This document shows, one piece after another, positions 1 to 15,888 of a DNA stretch of 58,675 nt. Numbering within the stretch: the stretch's first letter is position 1; every line of letters starts with the position of its first letter. Location of the stretch: positions 1-58,675 of the forward strand of contig NIVC01004130.1 of NCBI GenBank assembly GCA_002269645.1, in the 5' to 3' direction. The notes under the pieces are model-generated. The model made no database searches, was not told the DNA's origin, and worked only from the letters and a program-made list of their open reading frames with translations. The translations under genes were made by a program, and so were the position numbers. Source of the stretch: Macrostomum lignano (lineage: Eukaryota).

Positions 1-269
1 GAAAAGTCTACTACGTCGACGCTCACGAACTCCAGTGACAGCGTTGTCGGCATAGTAGGCCATGTAATGAACGGCACAGTCGAATGTCGCCTTTGCTGTC
101 CGGAGATGTTGTTGTTTACTGAGGAGTTGGTAGCCTCGGAAACAGTTAAATCAGGAGTTGGAGCTGCGGCAGTGTTGGCCATAGACAGTAGATGGTCGAT
201 GATTGCCCTGTGTCTTTGATTTGGCCGGCAGCCTTCCAGTTGAAATAGGCTGCATTGAGAGCCGATTTC
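1..269 (-). CDS. Possible internal coding exon of an unidentified gene running off the window (EIGSQCSLFQLEG...LEFVSVDVVDF)
   Basis: Open frame to the window edge, preceded on the minus strand by an acceptor-like ttttctaattccgacag. No recognisable domain. Confidence 0.3.
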
Positions 270-388
270 CTGTCGGAATTAGAAAATTTGTGTTTTAGCC
301 AATAGTTGCAAAGATAGACTATAACAACACCCCTATTTTTAATTCAAAAAAAATTTGGCCCTTTATTCATTGACAACAATTATGTAGG

Positions 389-567
389 CAGGGACTACTC
401 AAACACCGGGACGGGAAACTAAATTTTTTTACGAGACTGGCTGGCAATTATTTGCATTAGAGAGATGCTGTGTTACTTTGTTGTCTATGGTTATTTTCTA
501 CTGCTGATAAAAGACCAGCCTCGTAAAAAATTCCTAGTTTCCCGTCCCGGTGTTTGAGTAGTCCCTG
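389..567. mobile_element. hAT-type MITE (179 bp)
   Basis: 33-bp perfect TIR (CAGGGACTACTCAAACACCGGGACGGGAAACTA) and 8-bp TSD TATGTAGG at 381-388 and 568-575. CAGGG ends plus an 8-bp TSD are hAT hallmarks. Confidence 0.9.
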
Positions 568-2789
568 TATGTAGGAACGAATTATAAATAATAATAGTTA
601 CACACCTGAGCGATGGCTGCACATTTAAACCTGTAATATGCATTAGTTTCATTAGATAAAGCAGCTCTTTCAAGCTCATTCAAATAGTTTTGAAGGTGCT
701 TTGCAGAAGTTTGATTCTGCCATGTGGTTCTTACTAATAGTCCAGGAGAATTCATGGACAAGAAATGAATTTCAATGTCTAGTAATATAATTATCAGAAA
801 GGCTATAGCGGTACTACAAGTAATGATTTTCAATTTCAAAACATTGCTTTTATTGACTGAAATGTGCAATCACCTTATATTATATGCTTTTATAACGTTT
901 TATCTTTTTATTTTTTTTTCAAATGTAATAGGAATCTAGTGGAGACGTGTTGGTTCCTTGTTTTTCATGTATTTCTTAGTACACTTTGCTTTAATTTTGT
1001 GCGATCTTACGCAGTATAATAAATTCTACTGCTGTAAATAGCATAAAAGTCTTAAAAAACAACTGTTAAAGTTTTAAGATGTTTTAGAACTTCTATATTA
1101 TTTTCACTTAAAATTTATTTACTCAGAGCGCAAAAGTAAATTCGTATTTGAATTTGCACTAATTTTCCTTTTAACTATGCATGCATGCATGCATGGCCTG
1201 GGCTAAGCAATGCTTATTCCCATAAGGCCTAGTTATATATTTTATATTATCTCTACAAAATGTTTATTTTTTGAATAATTGCATAGTGCACATACTTCAT
1301 AGGCCTTGTATTGACTTTTGCTAACTTTCCATACTATATTCAATATATTTTATTTTAGAAACTTCTGTATAATTATTACTTTATTTTCTATATTAGACAA
1401 TTTAAATTCCCATATGTATACTTCTTATTTAAATTGCCTTGATGCAAAATTCAGGAATTAAATGCTGTTTGAGCAAGTATAAATTGCAATATATTTGTAA
1501 TAGTGAGATAGAGGTAAAGAAAAAAAATTTGGCAGCCCAGTTGGCTAACACCAAATTGGAACAGTTCTGACTTTTGAATTTCTGCTGGCATTAGGTTCGA
1601 ACAAAGAAATCTAGAAAATCATGTAGACAAATCCTAACAAAATTTTTCCTATTTTACTCTGGCTGCTAGGGTCCTTAATTCTTGGAGGAAGGTAGTCCTA
1701 ATTATAGACAAGGGGTCTTTGTTAGGCACAGTCATTCAGAGCAAGTCCTTAGACACCAAAATTAATGTGCATTGAAATGCTTAGCTGATTACTATCAGTA
1801 GTGTAGCACTGCCACCATTGTAATTTATCTATTACAGAACAATGATATCTCAAAGCTTTTTTTAAGATGAGAACTTGGTTATTTTATGCCCCATAGGCCA
1901 TAGGCAAATGACTCAAGATAGGCTATGGCTTCATTTAATTAATAAGTTTATTTGAAGGTTATTAAAATTTCTTAAGAGCAAAACTTAAAATATTAACTAG
2001 ATTAAGCAAAGGTGACTTATTATTATGATGGTGACTCTACTAGTAGACAATAACCTGCAGCACCACGTGCACACTCATAAGTGTTAATTTGAAATCAAGT
2101 GCAAGCTAACAGGCTCAAGTCAAACTAAAAGGATTTCTAAGAGTTAAAGTAGTAAAACCAATTAAATTGTTAGGCAGAAAGGAGAAGGAAAGGGAAGGTA
2201 GACAGGATAGGAAGGCATAAAATTGAGCAATGCTGGTGAGCACCATTAAATAAAAGTTAGAAAGCAGAAAGTGGACAAAGGGGGACAAAGCATAAATGCC
2301 AAAAACCTTTAAAAATTTAAAACCTTTAAAAAAACCTTTAAAAAATTTATTGCAGAAAAACAAAGGAAAGGAAAAAAATAACCAGATGGAAGACATACAA
2401 AACCAGGAAAATGAGCAAGGAGGCCAAGCCTAGGAACCAGGAAGATGACAAAATTTTGTCAAAGGGAGCACCTTATGGTGGACAGATTGGGCCAACCCGA
2501 GTAATAGAAAAAGAGGGGAGGGTCACACAATAGTTTGAAATTATTAATAGTAAATTGAAAATAAGAAAATTAAATTGTTAGTGATAGTCCCCAGTCCCAC
2601 TACCACAGGCTTGGGGGAGCCATGCTAATGAAAAGAAAATGGATCTCTCGGTCTTCAATGGTATCGTTGTTGCTAGGCTGGGGCTTGGCCTCCTTGGTTA
2701 GCTAGCTGGGTGCCGCAGGTTGGGCCATTGTCCATGGCAGTCGAGCCAGTTGTTGGCAGGGCTGATGTTGACTACGCTTTGGCCTTGGC

Positions 2790-3230
2790 TAAGCTAGCAA
2801 TCTGGGCACACTCAGAGCTGCTCTAGCAAGTGCACATACCCTTTCTGGCAAGTGATCAGGTGGTTGATAGTCACAGCAAGCAGGGTGCAGCATAGCCAAA
2901 GCTGCTGGCCTTTGGTCTTGGAGCCAAGTTGGGCTACAGTCGAGATGGCTGCCATCTTGGTGGCCAAATCCACTGCTGCCAGGTTGTACTGCTAGGCCAG
3001 CTGCAACCAGTTTTTGCAGTTGCTAGATGTATGCAATGCCAGCCTCTCCTTTATTTCCAGCAACAATAGCTTGGCAAGCTGAAAAGCAATCTCCTCCAGT
3101 TCACTTGTTGGGGCACCAAGGGGCTCTGTCGAGAAGCTGCCAGCATATCGGAGCTAGACCTGCTAGTCCATATTGTAGGCAGTGGAGACAGTGTGAGGTG
3201 GTGGTTGGGCTCTAGCAGTCATATAGAGTC
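2790..3230 (-). pseudogene. Decayed BTB/BACK-like coding relic
   Basis: One minus frame reads ...LRYAGSF...ELEEIAFQLAKLLLLEIKERLALHTSSNCKNWLQLA*QYNL..., resembling the BTB C-terminus/BACK start, with several in-frame TAG/TGA stops. Similarity judged by eye only. Confidence 0.3.
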
Positions 3231-5104
3231 CAGCTCAGGGGCCAGCAGGAAGGTGTGCAACATGGTCTATAAGGCCGTTGAGCCAAGGGCTCGGGATAGC
3301 CATTGGCTAGGCCCATTGCGTCTATCAGGACCAGGTCAAGTGATTCGCGGCCTCCACTCACTATCACTCTATCAGGTTGTTGTCTTCAACTAGTTGCTGC
3401 ATAGTGATGTTGCTTGGGCAAGCAGTCGCAGCAATAGCAGATAAGCAAAAAGGACCAATGTACAAAGGGATTTATAAACAATTGGGGCTTAGTAGACAAT
3501 GAATGCAATATAGATTAATTACACAGCTTGTCACATAGAAGTTAAATCAGAGTTAACAAATTCACAATCTGCGCTGTATCCTTTTTGCCAATATCGTTGA
3601 GATGAATGACTAGTGGCCCATTGTCTTGGATTTCTAATTGCTCATAAAATGCTAATAAATTCCCTTTGTCTCTTGTCATGTAGGTTGATCACCATAGCAA
3701 TGGCAGAGTCAACACACAGATGGGTCTGGAGCTCCTCGCAGGTGACTGGCCTCGGGAAATGATCTGTTAGATTCAGAGTTCAGCATCTGTCAGTAGGATT
3801 TGTTGGTGCAGCTTTGGCTGTTGTGGCATGGTTTGGGGTCTGGAGCTCCCTCTGCATGATTGCTACTTAGACCAGTTGCCAGATTGTTGTTGTGTCCGAA
3901 GGTTGTTCCTCCTCAATAGCTTCGGTGTCACTGTCATCAGGTTTAGATTTGTCAGCAGATGATGATGATGATGAGGCATCTGAGCTGTCAGCATTGCTGC
4001 TGAAACTCACTTTCTTCTTTAACTTAGGGCAGTGAGTGGGTTGGCAGCAGTTATCTCTGGCTGCACTGTGGTTGCTGTCTGTGTCACATTCAGCTAGTAG
4101 TCGGCAGCTCCTAGTATGAACCACTTTTCATTGGTTTGGGATATTAGATTCTGGGCTCAATTGTTGGGGCAAACTAGGGGAGCTGAGGAGAAAAAGCAAG
4201 AGAGGAAAAGGAAGGCAGCAAGCTTAGGGAGCAGGCAGAAAAAGGGAGGCAAGGCTAAGCTTCATTCACACCAAATGTTGGAATATATGTTATTTCTATA
4301 ATGCATTTGATTGGTGTTTGTTATAGGCAAAAGGATCTTGATTGCTACACAAGTATGTATTATACTTTCCTGATAGAAAAACCGTCTAAAATTGCATTAG
4401 GCTAAAATAGCATTCAGGCATAACATGCTTGCCTTAAATTAAGATCATTTTATTGGAATCAAGAATATTCTGCCAAGCACGTTATAAATATATGCCAAGC
4501 ACTCAGCCAATAACTAAGTGTCCTTTTGGTTCGTTTTCTTACTTATTCCTCTTAGCCAAATATCTTTAAACAAACAGCTACTTTCATGCCTCATTTATTT
4601 AAATTACATCCTAGATCCTAGGCCTAATAAGAAAATAAATATTTAGACTTGTAATTCCATACAATATATAATTCTTGACTATCATAGTGTCATATCATCT
4701 ACTTATCATCTTAATGTATAGCCATATGGATACTAATTCAAGTAAAAAAATTAGATAATTTTTGCTCTCTTTTAGCTTTCTTTCTTGTACATTGTTGTAT
4801 ATGAAAGGGCCTGTCAGCTGAAGCTCATAGAGTGGAGCCCCAGTAACCTATGTACACAAATCATACATCATTCTGCTCAGTGACACCATTAAGCTGGATT
4901 TGGCAAAATGTTACAAAAATTAGACCTAGGATATGAGAGAACAAGCAAGCCGACAATTAGGGACTCCACCTTATGAGCTTAAGTTTACATAATAGTCCCT
5001 AATTATCCTCTTGCTTGATTTGTGCATTTAGCAGACATCTGCTGCTTTTCAAAATTGGCACCTTTACTTTTAACAAAAAACCCTATGATACCTACTGTAA
5101 GTAG

Positions 5105-7776
<2,672 letters not shown>

Positions 7777-7994
7777 TGAGACTAATGCTCCGGTTCTGCT
7801 GGATTTTCCTGTGTTTGACTCCTGTTGTTTAGCGAATTTTCAATCGCCTATTTATTTCTTTTTAATTACCTATTGTCACCTGATCCCTAGCCTCTCAGCT
7901 CCTTCATCAATCAATTCCCAGCATCTCATCATCAGATCTCCAGCCTCCTCACCTGCCTCATCAGATCCCAGTCTCCGTCTCCTTTATTAAATCG

Positions 7995-8253
7995 CAGCCT
8001 CACAGCCTCCCATCTCCATCATCAGATCCCAGCCTTCCATCTCCTCCATCAGATCGCAGCCTCCCTCCTCCATCAGATCGCAGCCTCCCTCCTCCATCAG
8101 ATCGCAGCCTCCCATCTCCTCCATCAGATCCCAGCCTCCCATCTCCTCCATCAGATCCAGCCTCCCATCTCCTCCATCAGATCCCAGCCTCCCATCTTCC
8201 TCATCAGATCCCAGCCTCCCATCTTCCTCATCAGATCCCTAGCCTCCAATAAA
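7995..8253 (+). repeat. ~23-bp minisatellite in the RBBP4 3' region, directly followed by AATAAA (~8248)
   Basis: Unit cagcctcccatctcctccatcagatcc, then ccaataaaaa. Confidence 0.8.
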
Positions 8254-9067
8254 AATTGAATTCGTAATTGCACCTGCAATTATTTATTTCATTGCTGCAT
8301 GCTCCTGTCACTTATTATCTGACTGTCTCGTTAATTGTTGTCTAATTTTTAACGACTCTTTGCTACAAATACTACTTGTATGCGCATGAGTAGCCACTGT
8401 TTTCAATTGCAGCCGTCTTTTTTATTTATTAATTTACAAACTAGCAAGTCTCGCACTCAGTTAGGCGTATCAAATGCTTTATTGTGTCTGTGCATTTGTT
8501 TATCTGGCTCGCGTCCCACCCTGGCCCGTTGATGTATTTAAATTCAATAAAATTTGTTTTTATTTTCAATTGACTTTACTGTAAGTAGCAATATGCTAAT
8601 CTAGTGTGTTTTTTATTCGATATCTGAAACACTGGGTCGTGTTAAGCTTCAATGTCATCTTGTATTGGCCTGCAGTGCTCCCGGTTTTGTGCTGAATCCA
8701 AATTAGCTTTGTTTTTAATATGCAAATGCCATCAGCAACTTCAATGTATTTCTGTTCCTTAACTGAAACTATTGCAAATTAATTTATTAATAATGATGAT
8801 GATTTATAAATTCGACTTGGGTGCCGATTATTCTCGCATTCGGGAGTGTTGAAATTTAAGTAATACTCAATTCGTTTGTTTGGGTTTATGACATGTAAGA
8901 TTTTTTATAACTTGAAGTTTGTTGGATTGCTCATCGCCCTCATACCTATTCTGTCCGCTATTGGTCATCGCCCTCACCTCTTCTGTCCGCTATTGTCATC
9001 GCCCTCACCTCTTCTGTCCGCTGTTGGTCATCGGTCATCGAGTCCTGATGACACACTGAGTCCTCAT

Positions 9068-9242
9068 TGTCGTTTGAACGAAGCTGTCGGAAGCGTTTAT
9101 TCAAGCATAGAAAATTATAACATAAGTGGGAGGCTGAGAACGAAAGCTTAAGAACGTAAAGCTGGTTGCTACCATATACATAAAAAGGATATGATTGCGT
9201 AATGTGCAACAACGCTAGCTCTAGCTAGCAGCCACTACCACA
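9068..9242 (-). repeat. 3' LTR
   Basis: Direct repeat of 13432-13609. Confidence 0.95.
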
Positions 9243-9449
9243 TGTCCCCATCTGCAACGGAAGACGATGAATAACGACGTCCACAAGACAGTCAAACAAA
9301 CAAACTTTAAGAACTAGCTAGTAAACTTCGCAAAATCAGTGAAATAACGCGATCACGGTTTACTTAGTCTGAGCCTACGGCACAAGGCGATTTGGGCGAT
9401 TCCTCACCCTAGTGCTTCTTCTTGTCGGAGCGATCTCTGGGGGAATCTC

Positions 9450-12400
9450 AGGTATATTAGTTTGTGGTTGTTGGTGAACTTCTCTTCTTCCTCATCAGCT
9501 TCAGAGGCAGGAGCCAGCGGGCCAAATTGATTTTTTGAAGCCAGGTGTAGTTTGGCGCCCGTGAGTAGTAGCCAGGAGGTGTTGCGCCCTTGCTACATCA
9601 GGAACTCAGCTCGAGAGCTGGTGGTGTCGCCGTTGGCCTTGAACTGCACCGGGTCGCCCTGCTGGAAGGTGAAGACCACCGGAACCCGAAGTCGCCGTCC
9701 TAGCACGAGCTCGGCAGGGGTTCGTCCGCGTGAAGTTGAAGAACTGCGATGATGTAGCAGAGCTCTGCAAAAAAGCAATAAAGCTGCCATGTGTTAGACG
9801 CTGGGTCCATGCCTGCAAGGCCTTCTTGATAGTCTGGACGGCTCGCTCAGCTGCACCATTAGATTGAGGGGAATATGGAGGGCTCTCCATCTTACGAGCA
9901 CCGTTCTTTTCCAACCAGGCCAATAGTGGAGCTGAGGTGAACTCCGCTGCGTTGTCCGAAACAACCAGCTCCGGAACCCCAAAGCGAGTAAAAACCGTTC
10001 GCAGCGAGTTGATGACACTGTCTGCTGATCTGTCCTTTGTGGGGGAAGCTTCTATCCAGCCCGAGTACGCATCAACCACGATGAGAATGTTGCCAACGGC
10101 TGGTACAAAAGCCCAGTCCATGTGCACTCTTTGAAATGGAGCGGTGGCAGGTAGCCAAGTGTCCTGAGTTTTTTGTAGACGAGGTCTTAACTGAGTGCAT
10201 GCCTGGCATTGATGAACGAATTGCTCCACGTCCCTCTGCATACCGGGCCACCAACAGGTCTGTGCAAGCAACTTGTGCGCTGCGTTGGAACCCGTATGAG
10301 TGTCATGCACTTGTGTCGAAGGCCTCTCGTCTGAGCCTTGGTGGAATGAATGCTCGGCGGCACATGTAGATCAGGCCATTCTCTAGGGTCAGGCATTCCG
10401 CGACTTTCTTAAAGGCTGCCTCTGCTTGTGTGCAGTCGCGCCAGTCACCAGACCGAATGCGGCGAACTATTTGTTGAAGGAGTCTGTCTGACTCAATTTC
10501 GGATATTATTCTGTGTGGATCGATGGCTGGGGATTCAAAGGCAACGCAGTTTATCTCCCAAAAGCTACTGCTAGGCTCAAGACCCGCGTTTTCGAACCGG
10601 AGTCGGGAGAGCGCGTCGAAATCATGGAGGAAAGAATAGAATGGAGTGCTAATCTGAGCCAGTTATTTTTATCTCGCTCGATCTTAACTTTTAACATCCC
10701 TTTCCCCCCCCCGTTCTTTCCTATTGGCTCGTGACTGCCATAGACAAAGTATTTTTCGTCTCGTTTTCGTTTTCGTTCCCCTCTGAAAGGTCTGTCCCAG
10801 CATAGTATGAGCTCGCATCAAAATATGCTTTCAGCCAATAGGAAGGAACGGGGGGAAAGGGATGTTAAAAGCGAAAATCGAGCGAGATAAAAATAACTGG
10901 CTTAGATTAGCACTCCATTCTATTCTTTCCTCCATGGTCGACATGCGGAATTTTTGTCCCTTGTACGTATTCCAGAGTGAAGTCGAATTGCATTAGAAAC
11001 AGCGCCCATCGGCTGATTCTGGAAGAGGTTCGCAATGGAATGCTGCCACCAAAGAGGCGAAGCAACGGTTGGTGATCAGTCCGAATGGTGAATTTTCGGC
11101 CTTGCAGATAGTGTGTCAGCCTATGGATTGCCCAGAAAATCGCCAGGCCCTCTCGTTCGATGTTTGAGTAGTTAGCTTCTGCGGATGAGAGAGTCCTGGA
11201 GATGTAAATCACGGGGTGCCCGTCCTGGGTCAAAACAGCCGCAAGCGCACCTTTTGAGGCGTCAGTGGTTAGAGTGGCCTCTTTTCCAGGTTGTATGGCT
11301 GCACCATAGGCCTGGATGAGATTTCTCGCTTGAGCCCCTCAAATGCGTGAACGCACTCGTCGGACCAGACGAAGGGCGAGTTTCCCTTCCGAAGGTCATT
11401 CAATGGAGCGACTTTGGCGGAAAAATTAGGTATCAGACGGCCAAAAAAATTTACTAGGCCAAGGAACTGCTCAACTTCCTTCTTGGAGCTGGGAGCGGCG
11501 ATATGACGGATCTTGTCAACTAGACGGTCATCAGGCTGAATTCCAGATGCGGAGATTTTGAATCCAAGAAAGGAAATTTCATCGCACATATTAATAGATT
11601 TGCTTTCGTTGATGGTCACTTTCTTCTCTGCGAGCCTGGTTTTGACCGCCTTCAGCCGCTTGCTTACCTAGTGCTTCGGAATGCTCTGCAAAGACTAGGA
11701 CATCATCTTGGTAGACAAGGATGCCTTTGAGGTCAGATAGAATATTCTCCATGGCCCTTTAAAAAATAAAAGAGGCATTTTTCATGCCCATTTGTAGGCG
11801 TTTGACACGGTAGAGGCCGCGTGAGGTGTTGATCACTGATAGTTCTTCCGCAGATTCATCGAGAGCTATTTGCCAATAGGCAGAGCGCAAGTCTATTTTC
11901 GCAAACTTTTTTGCGTTTTTGAGCTTGGCGAATAGGTGCTCAATTGAGGGGATTGGATAGGACTCCGACTTGATTTTCCCATTGACGTGCATTTTGTAGT
12001 CGGCACACATGCGCAGCGAGCCATCTTTCTTCTTAACCCAAACAACAGGCGATGCGTTGCTTACCGGGCCCTCAATTGGCTCGAGCTCTCTAGCTCGGCA
12101 TTAACTTGTGGCTCCAGCGCAAGTGGAACTGGACGAGCGCGGCAGAACTGTGGTCTGGCACCTTCAATCAGTTCCATGCTCGCTTTGATGCCCTTGATGG
12201 TCGGCAGTGGTTCATTGGCAGGTGCCGCTGTGGCAGTGGTGGCTGCGTGGAATACGGCGTCGCCATCTAGAAGATCGCGTCCTAGCAGGCCGAATGTCTT
12301 TGAATATATGAAACCACCATCAGCTCAGCTGGATGAATTCGACCGCGCATCTCGACGGTTGTAGACAGTTTTCCCAATGTCTTTAGGATGTGGCCATCAT

Positions 12401-13431
12401 ACGCCTCGAGTCGCCGATGATACTTGTCCAATTTGAGGCATTGCAGCGATTCCCAGAGGTGGCTAGAAAACACTGAAACTGAAGCTCCGGTGTCGATCTG
12501 CATCGGAATAGCGACACCGTTGATCAGCACAGTTTCTGTCGTTACCGAAACAGCATGGATGAGATCTACGTCTGTCAGATGGAGTACATCAGAGGCGTCG
12601 GAGTCCGAGGTTACAAGTTTTGTGTCCATATGGTTGACCTGTCTGACGCCACTGGAGCGGCACACGGATCCAAAGTGGTTGCGCTTGTTGCATTTGTTGC
12701 ATGTCTTTCCGTAAGCCGGGCATTTGCCAGCTGGATGAGATCGGCCACAAAACTTGCAGTCGCCTATGTGCCGTTCATGGGACACGCTACCGCCTCGATG
12801 CTGCCGAGCTCCCTTCCCTGTGAAGTTGATGGAGTGTCCTTCTTGGGTAGGCTCTGTGTCAGCGTTTCGAAGATCCTTGCTGTCTACGAACATCGTCACT
12901 TGTTCGATAGTCCTGACTATATCCACGATTTTGGCGATCTTCAAGTCTTTCGTTTGCATGGCTCCCAGAATGCGTCGTTGATCTTCTGGGTTCTGCAGGC
13001 CAGAGATGAGCATCAGACGTACTATTTCCTCTTCCGGTCTGGTGCAGGTTTTTAGAGCATCGAACTCGCAGTGCGTGGCCCCCTTCCTCAAGCGAGAAAG
13101 GAACTCCGTAATGGGCTCATCGGCAGCTTGACGTAGCGTGAAGAATTTAGTTCTCTCAGCAACGGCAAGGTGCTTTTGGGGTTGCAGAAAGTTCGTAATG
13201 GCAGTCTCCAGCTCCGCAAAGGTGTGTGCTTCCACTTCTTTCGGTGCGACAAGATGAGTAACTTTTTCGAGAGCTGCTAGTCCACAGAGCGCTAAAAAGT
13301 TGTCCGTGATTTTGTCGATCTGTTTCTTTATCTTCCCACTTCTTGGTTCGAGCCAAGGCTTTGAATGCCTTAATCCAGGTTAATGCATGAACCGTGTCAG
13401 TAAGATCCAGATTGCCAAGCCGCGACGCCGT
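9450..13431 (-). pseudogene. Disrupted single gag-pol ORF
   Basis: ORF fragments 12282-13235 (gag/PR), 11759-12010 and 11269-11619 (RT), 10907-11233 (RNase H) and 9606-10310 (IN) stitch together through frameshifts, stops and a MITE insertion. Confidence 0.92.
10620..10936. mobile_element. Unclassified MITE nested in the retrotransposon pol gene
   Basis: ~105-bp TIRs (CATGGAGGAAAGAATAGAATGGAGTGC...) and duplicated GTCGA on both sides. Removing it restores IPHVD-ALSRL. Confidence 0.9.
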
Positions 13432-13609
13432 TGTCGTAGTTTGAACGAAGCTGTCGGAAGCGTTTATTCAAGCATAGAAAATTATAACATAAGTGGGAGG
13501 CTGAGAACGAAAGCTTAAGAACGTATAGCTGGTTGCTACCATAGACATAACAAGGATATGATTGGGTAATGTGCAACAGCGCTAGCTCTAGCTAGCAGCC
13601 ACTACCACA
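13432..13609 (-). repeat. 5' LTR
   Basis: Direct repeat of 9068-9242; followed on the minus strand by the PBS/gag start. Confidence 0.95.
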
Positions 13610-14530
13610 CTCATGACACACTGAGTCCTCATGACACACTGAGTCCTCATGACACACTGAGTCCTCATGACACACTGAGTCCTCATGACACACTGGGCCG
13701 TATGCAGAAAGCTTAGTCCAGACTAGCTAGTCCGGACTTGGGTAGTTCAGTCTATAGTCTATGGTCTAGCTACCCTAGTTCTGCTATAGTAGACTGGTCT
13801 AACTTTGTGTTTCTGCATACCAAATCCAAGTCTAGACTAGTTTTTCAAGACCGGACTACCCTAGACAGAGCTTTCTGCATACGGCCCACTGAGTCCTCAT
13901 GACACACTCAGTCCTCATGACACACTGAGTATTGATGACACACACGAGTCCTACTCATGACACACTGAGTATTGATGACACACACGAGTCCTCATGACAC
14001 ACTGAGTCCTGGTGACACACTGAGTCCTAACTCACTGAGTCCTCATGACACACTCAGTCCTCATGACACACTGAGTCCTAACTCACTGAGTCCTCATGAC
14101 ACACTCAGTCCTCATGACACACTGAGTCCTAAGTCACTGAGTTCTCATGACACACTCAGTTCTCATGACACACTGAGCATTGATGACACACACGAGTCCT
14201 CATGACACACTGAGTATTGATGACACACACGAGTCCTCATGACACACTGAGTCCTGGTGACGCACTGAGTCCTCATGACACACACGAGTCCTCATGACAT
14301 ACTGAGCATTGATGACACACTAAGTCCTCATGACACACTGAGCATTGATGACACACACGAGTCCTCGTGGCACACTGAGCATTGATGACACACTGAGTCC
14401 TCATGACACACTGAGCATTGATGACACACACGAGTCCTCATGACACACTGAGTCTTGATGACACACACAAGCCCTCATGACACACTGAGTCTTGATGACA
14501 AACTGAGTGCTGATGACACACACTAAGTCC
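13610..14530. repeat. 18-bp minisatellite (gacacactgagtcctcat); also ~1.5 units left of the LTR element at 9045-9067
   Basis: Tandem units and variants; hosts both the LTR element and a MITE. Confidence 0.92.
13695..13887. mobile_element. PIF/Harbinger-type (Tourist-like) MITE, 193 bp
   Basis: 19-bp TIR GGGCCGTATGCAGAAAGCT and 3-bp TSD ACT interrupting a minisatellite unit. Confidence 0.88.
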
Positions 14531-14669
14531 TGACATTTTATATAAGTAATATTGGCATTCACTCCTATTAACATCTATCAATAGTAGATTTTTTTCAGCG
14601 CCGGAACGAAGTAAAGCAGGAACGCGAAATTCAACAACACGAGGCAAATTATTGTATATTTATTTAGGA

Positions 14670-15790
14670 TCTATTGTAGATCTATCGAAGATCCATTGAG
14701 GATCTATTGTGGATCTATTGTAGATTTATTGAGTATCTATTGAAGATCTATTGAGGATCTATTGTGGATCTATAGTAGATTTATTTAGGATCTATTGTAG
14801 ATCTATCGAAGATCCATTGAGGATCTATTGTGGATCTATTGTAGATTTATTGAGGATCTATTGTAGATTTATCGAAGATCTATTGAGGATCTATTGTAGA
14901 TTTATCGAAGATCTATTGAGGATCTATTGTAGATTTATCGAAGATCTATTGAGGATCTATTGTAGATTTATCGAAGATCTATTGAGGATCTATTGTAGAT
15001 TTATCGAAGATCTATTGAGGATCTATTGTAGATTTATCGAAGATCTATTGAGGATCTATTGTAGATTTATCGAAGATCTATTGAGGATCTATTGTAGATT
15101 TATCGAAGATCTATTAAGGATATATTGTAGATCTATCGAAGATCTATTAAGGATATATTGTAGATCTATCGAAGATCTATTGTAGATCTATCGAAGATCT
15201 ATTGAGGATCTTTTGAGGATCTATTGTAGATTTATCGATGATCTATTGAGGATCTATTGTAGATCTATTGAGGATCTTTTGAGGATCTATTGAGGATCTA
15301 TTGTAGATCTATCGAAGATCTATTGAGGATCTATTGTAGATTTATCGAAGATCTATTGAGGATCTATTGTAGATTTATCGAAGATCTATTGAGGATCTAT
15401 TGTAGATTTATCGAAGATCTATTGAGGATCTATTGTAGATTTATCGAAGATCTATTGAGGATCTATTGTAGATTTATCGAAGATCTATTAAGGATATATT
15501 GTAGATCTATCGAAGATCTATTAAGGATATATTGTAGATCTATCGAAGATCTATTGTAGATCTATCGAAGATCTATTGAGGATCTTTTGAGGATCTATTG
15601 TAGATTTATCGATGATCTATTGAGGATCTATTGTAGATCTATCGAAGATCTATTGTAGATCTATTGAGGATCTATTGTAGATCTATCGAAGATCTATTGA
15701 GGATCTATTTTAGATCTATTGAGGATCTATTGCAGATCTAGTTAGGATCTACTGTGTATTTACTGATGATCTATTGTAGATTTATTGTAC
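14670..15790. repeat. 11-bp/33-bp higher-order minisatellite
   Basis: gatctattgag-gatctattgta-gatttatcgaa trimers; source of the RIYCRFIEDLL pseudo-ORFs. Confidence 0.95.
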
Positions 15791-15888
15791 GGTTTCCGTT
15801 TACAGTTTTAGAGTAAAAAATGATTTGTTTCTACAAAATCAAGTCACCATTAAATTCTTCAAAGGTTTGACTGCAAGTCATCAGTCGG

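Larger units (their letters stand above)
9068..13609 (-). mobile_element. Full-length but inactivated Ty3/Gypsy (Mag-clade-like) LTR retrotransposon
   Basis: Two ~175-bp TG..CA LTRs, 5-bp TSD CTCAT (9063-9067, 13610-13614), PPT-like AGATGGGGACA. Domain order: gag (tandem CCHC knuckles), protease (DTGAS), RT (YQDD), RNase H (TDAS), integrase (HHCC, D-D-E). Multiple frameshifts and stops. Confidence 0.95.
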
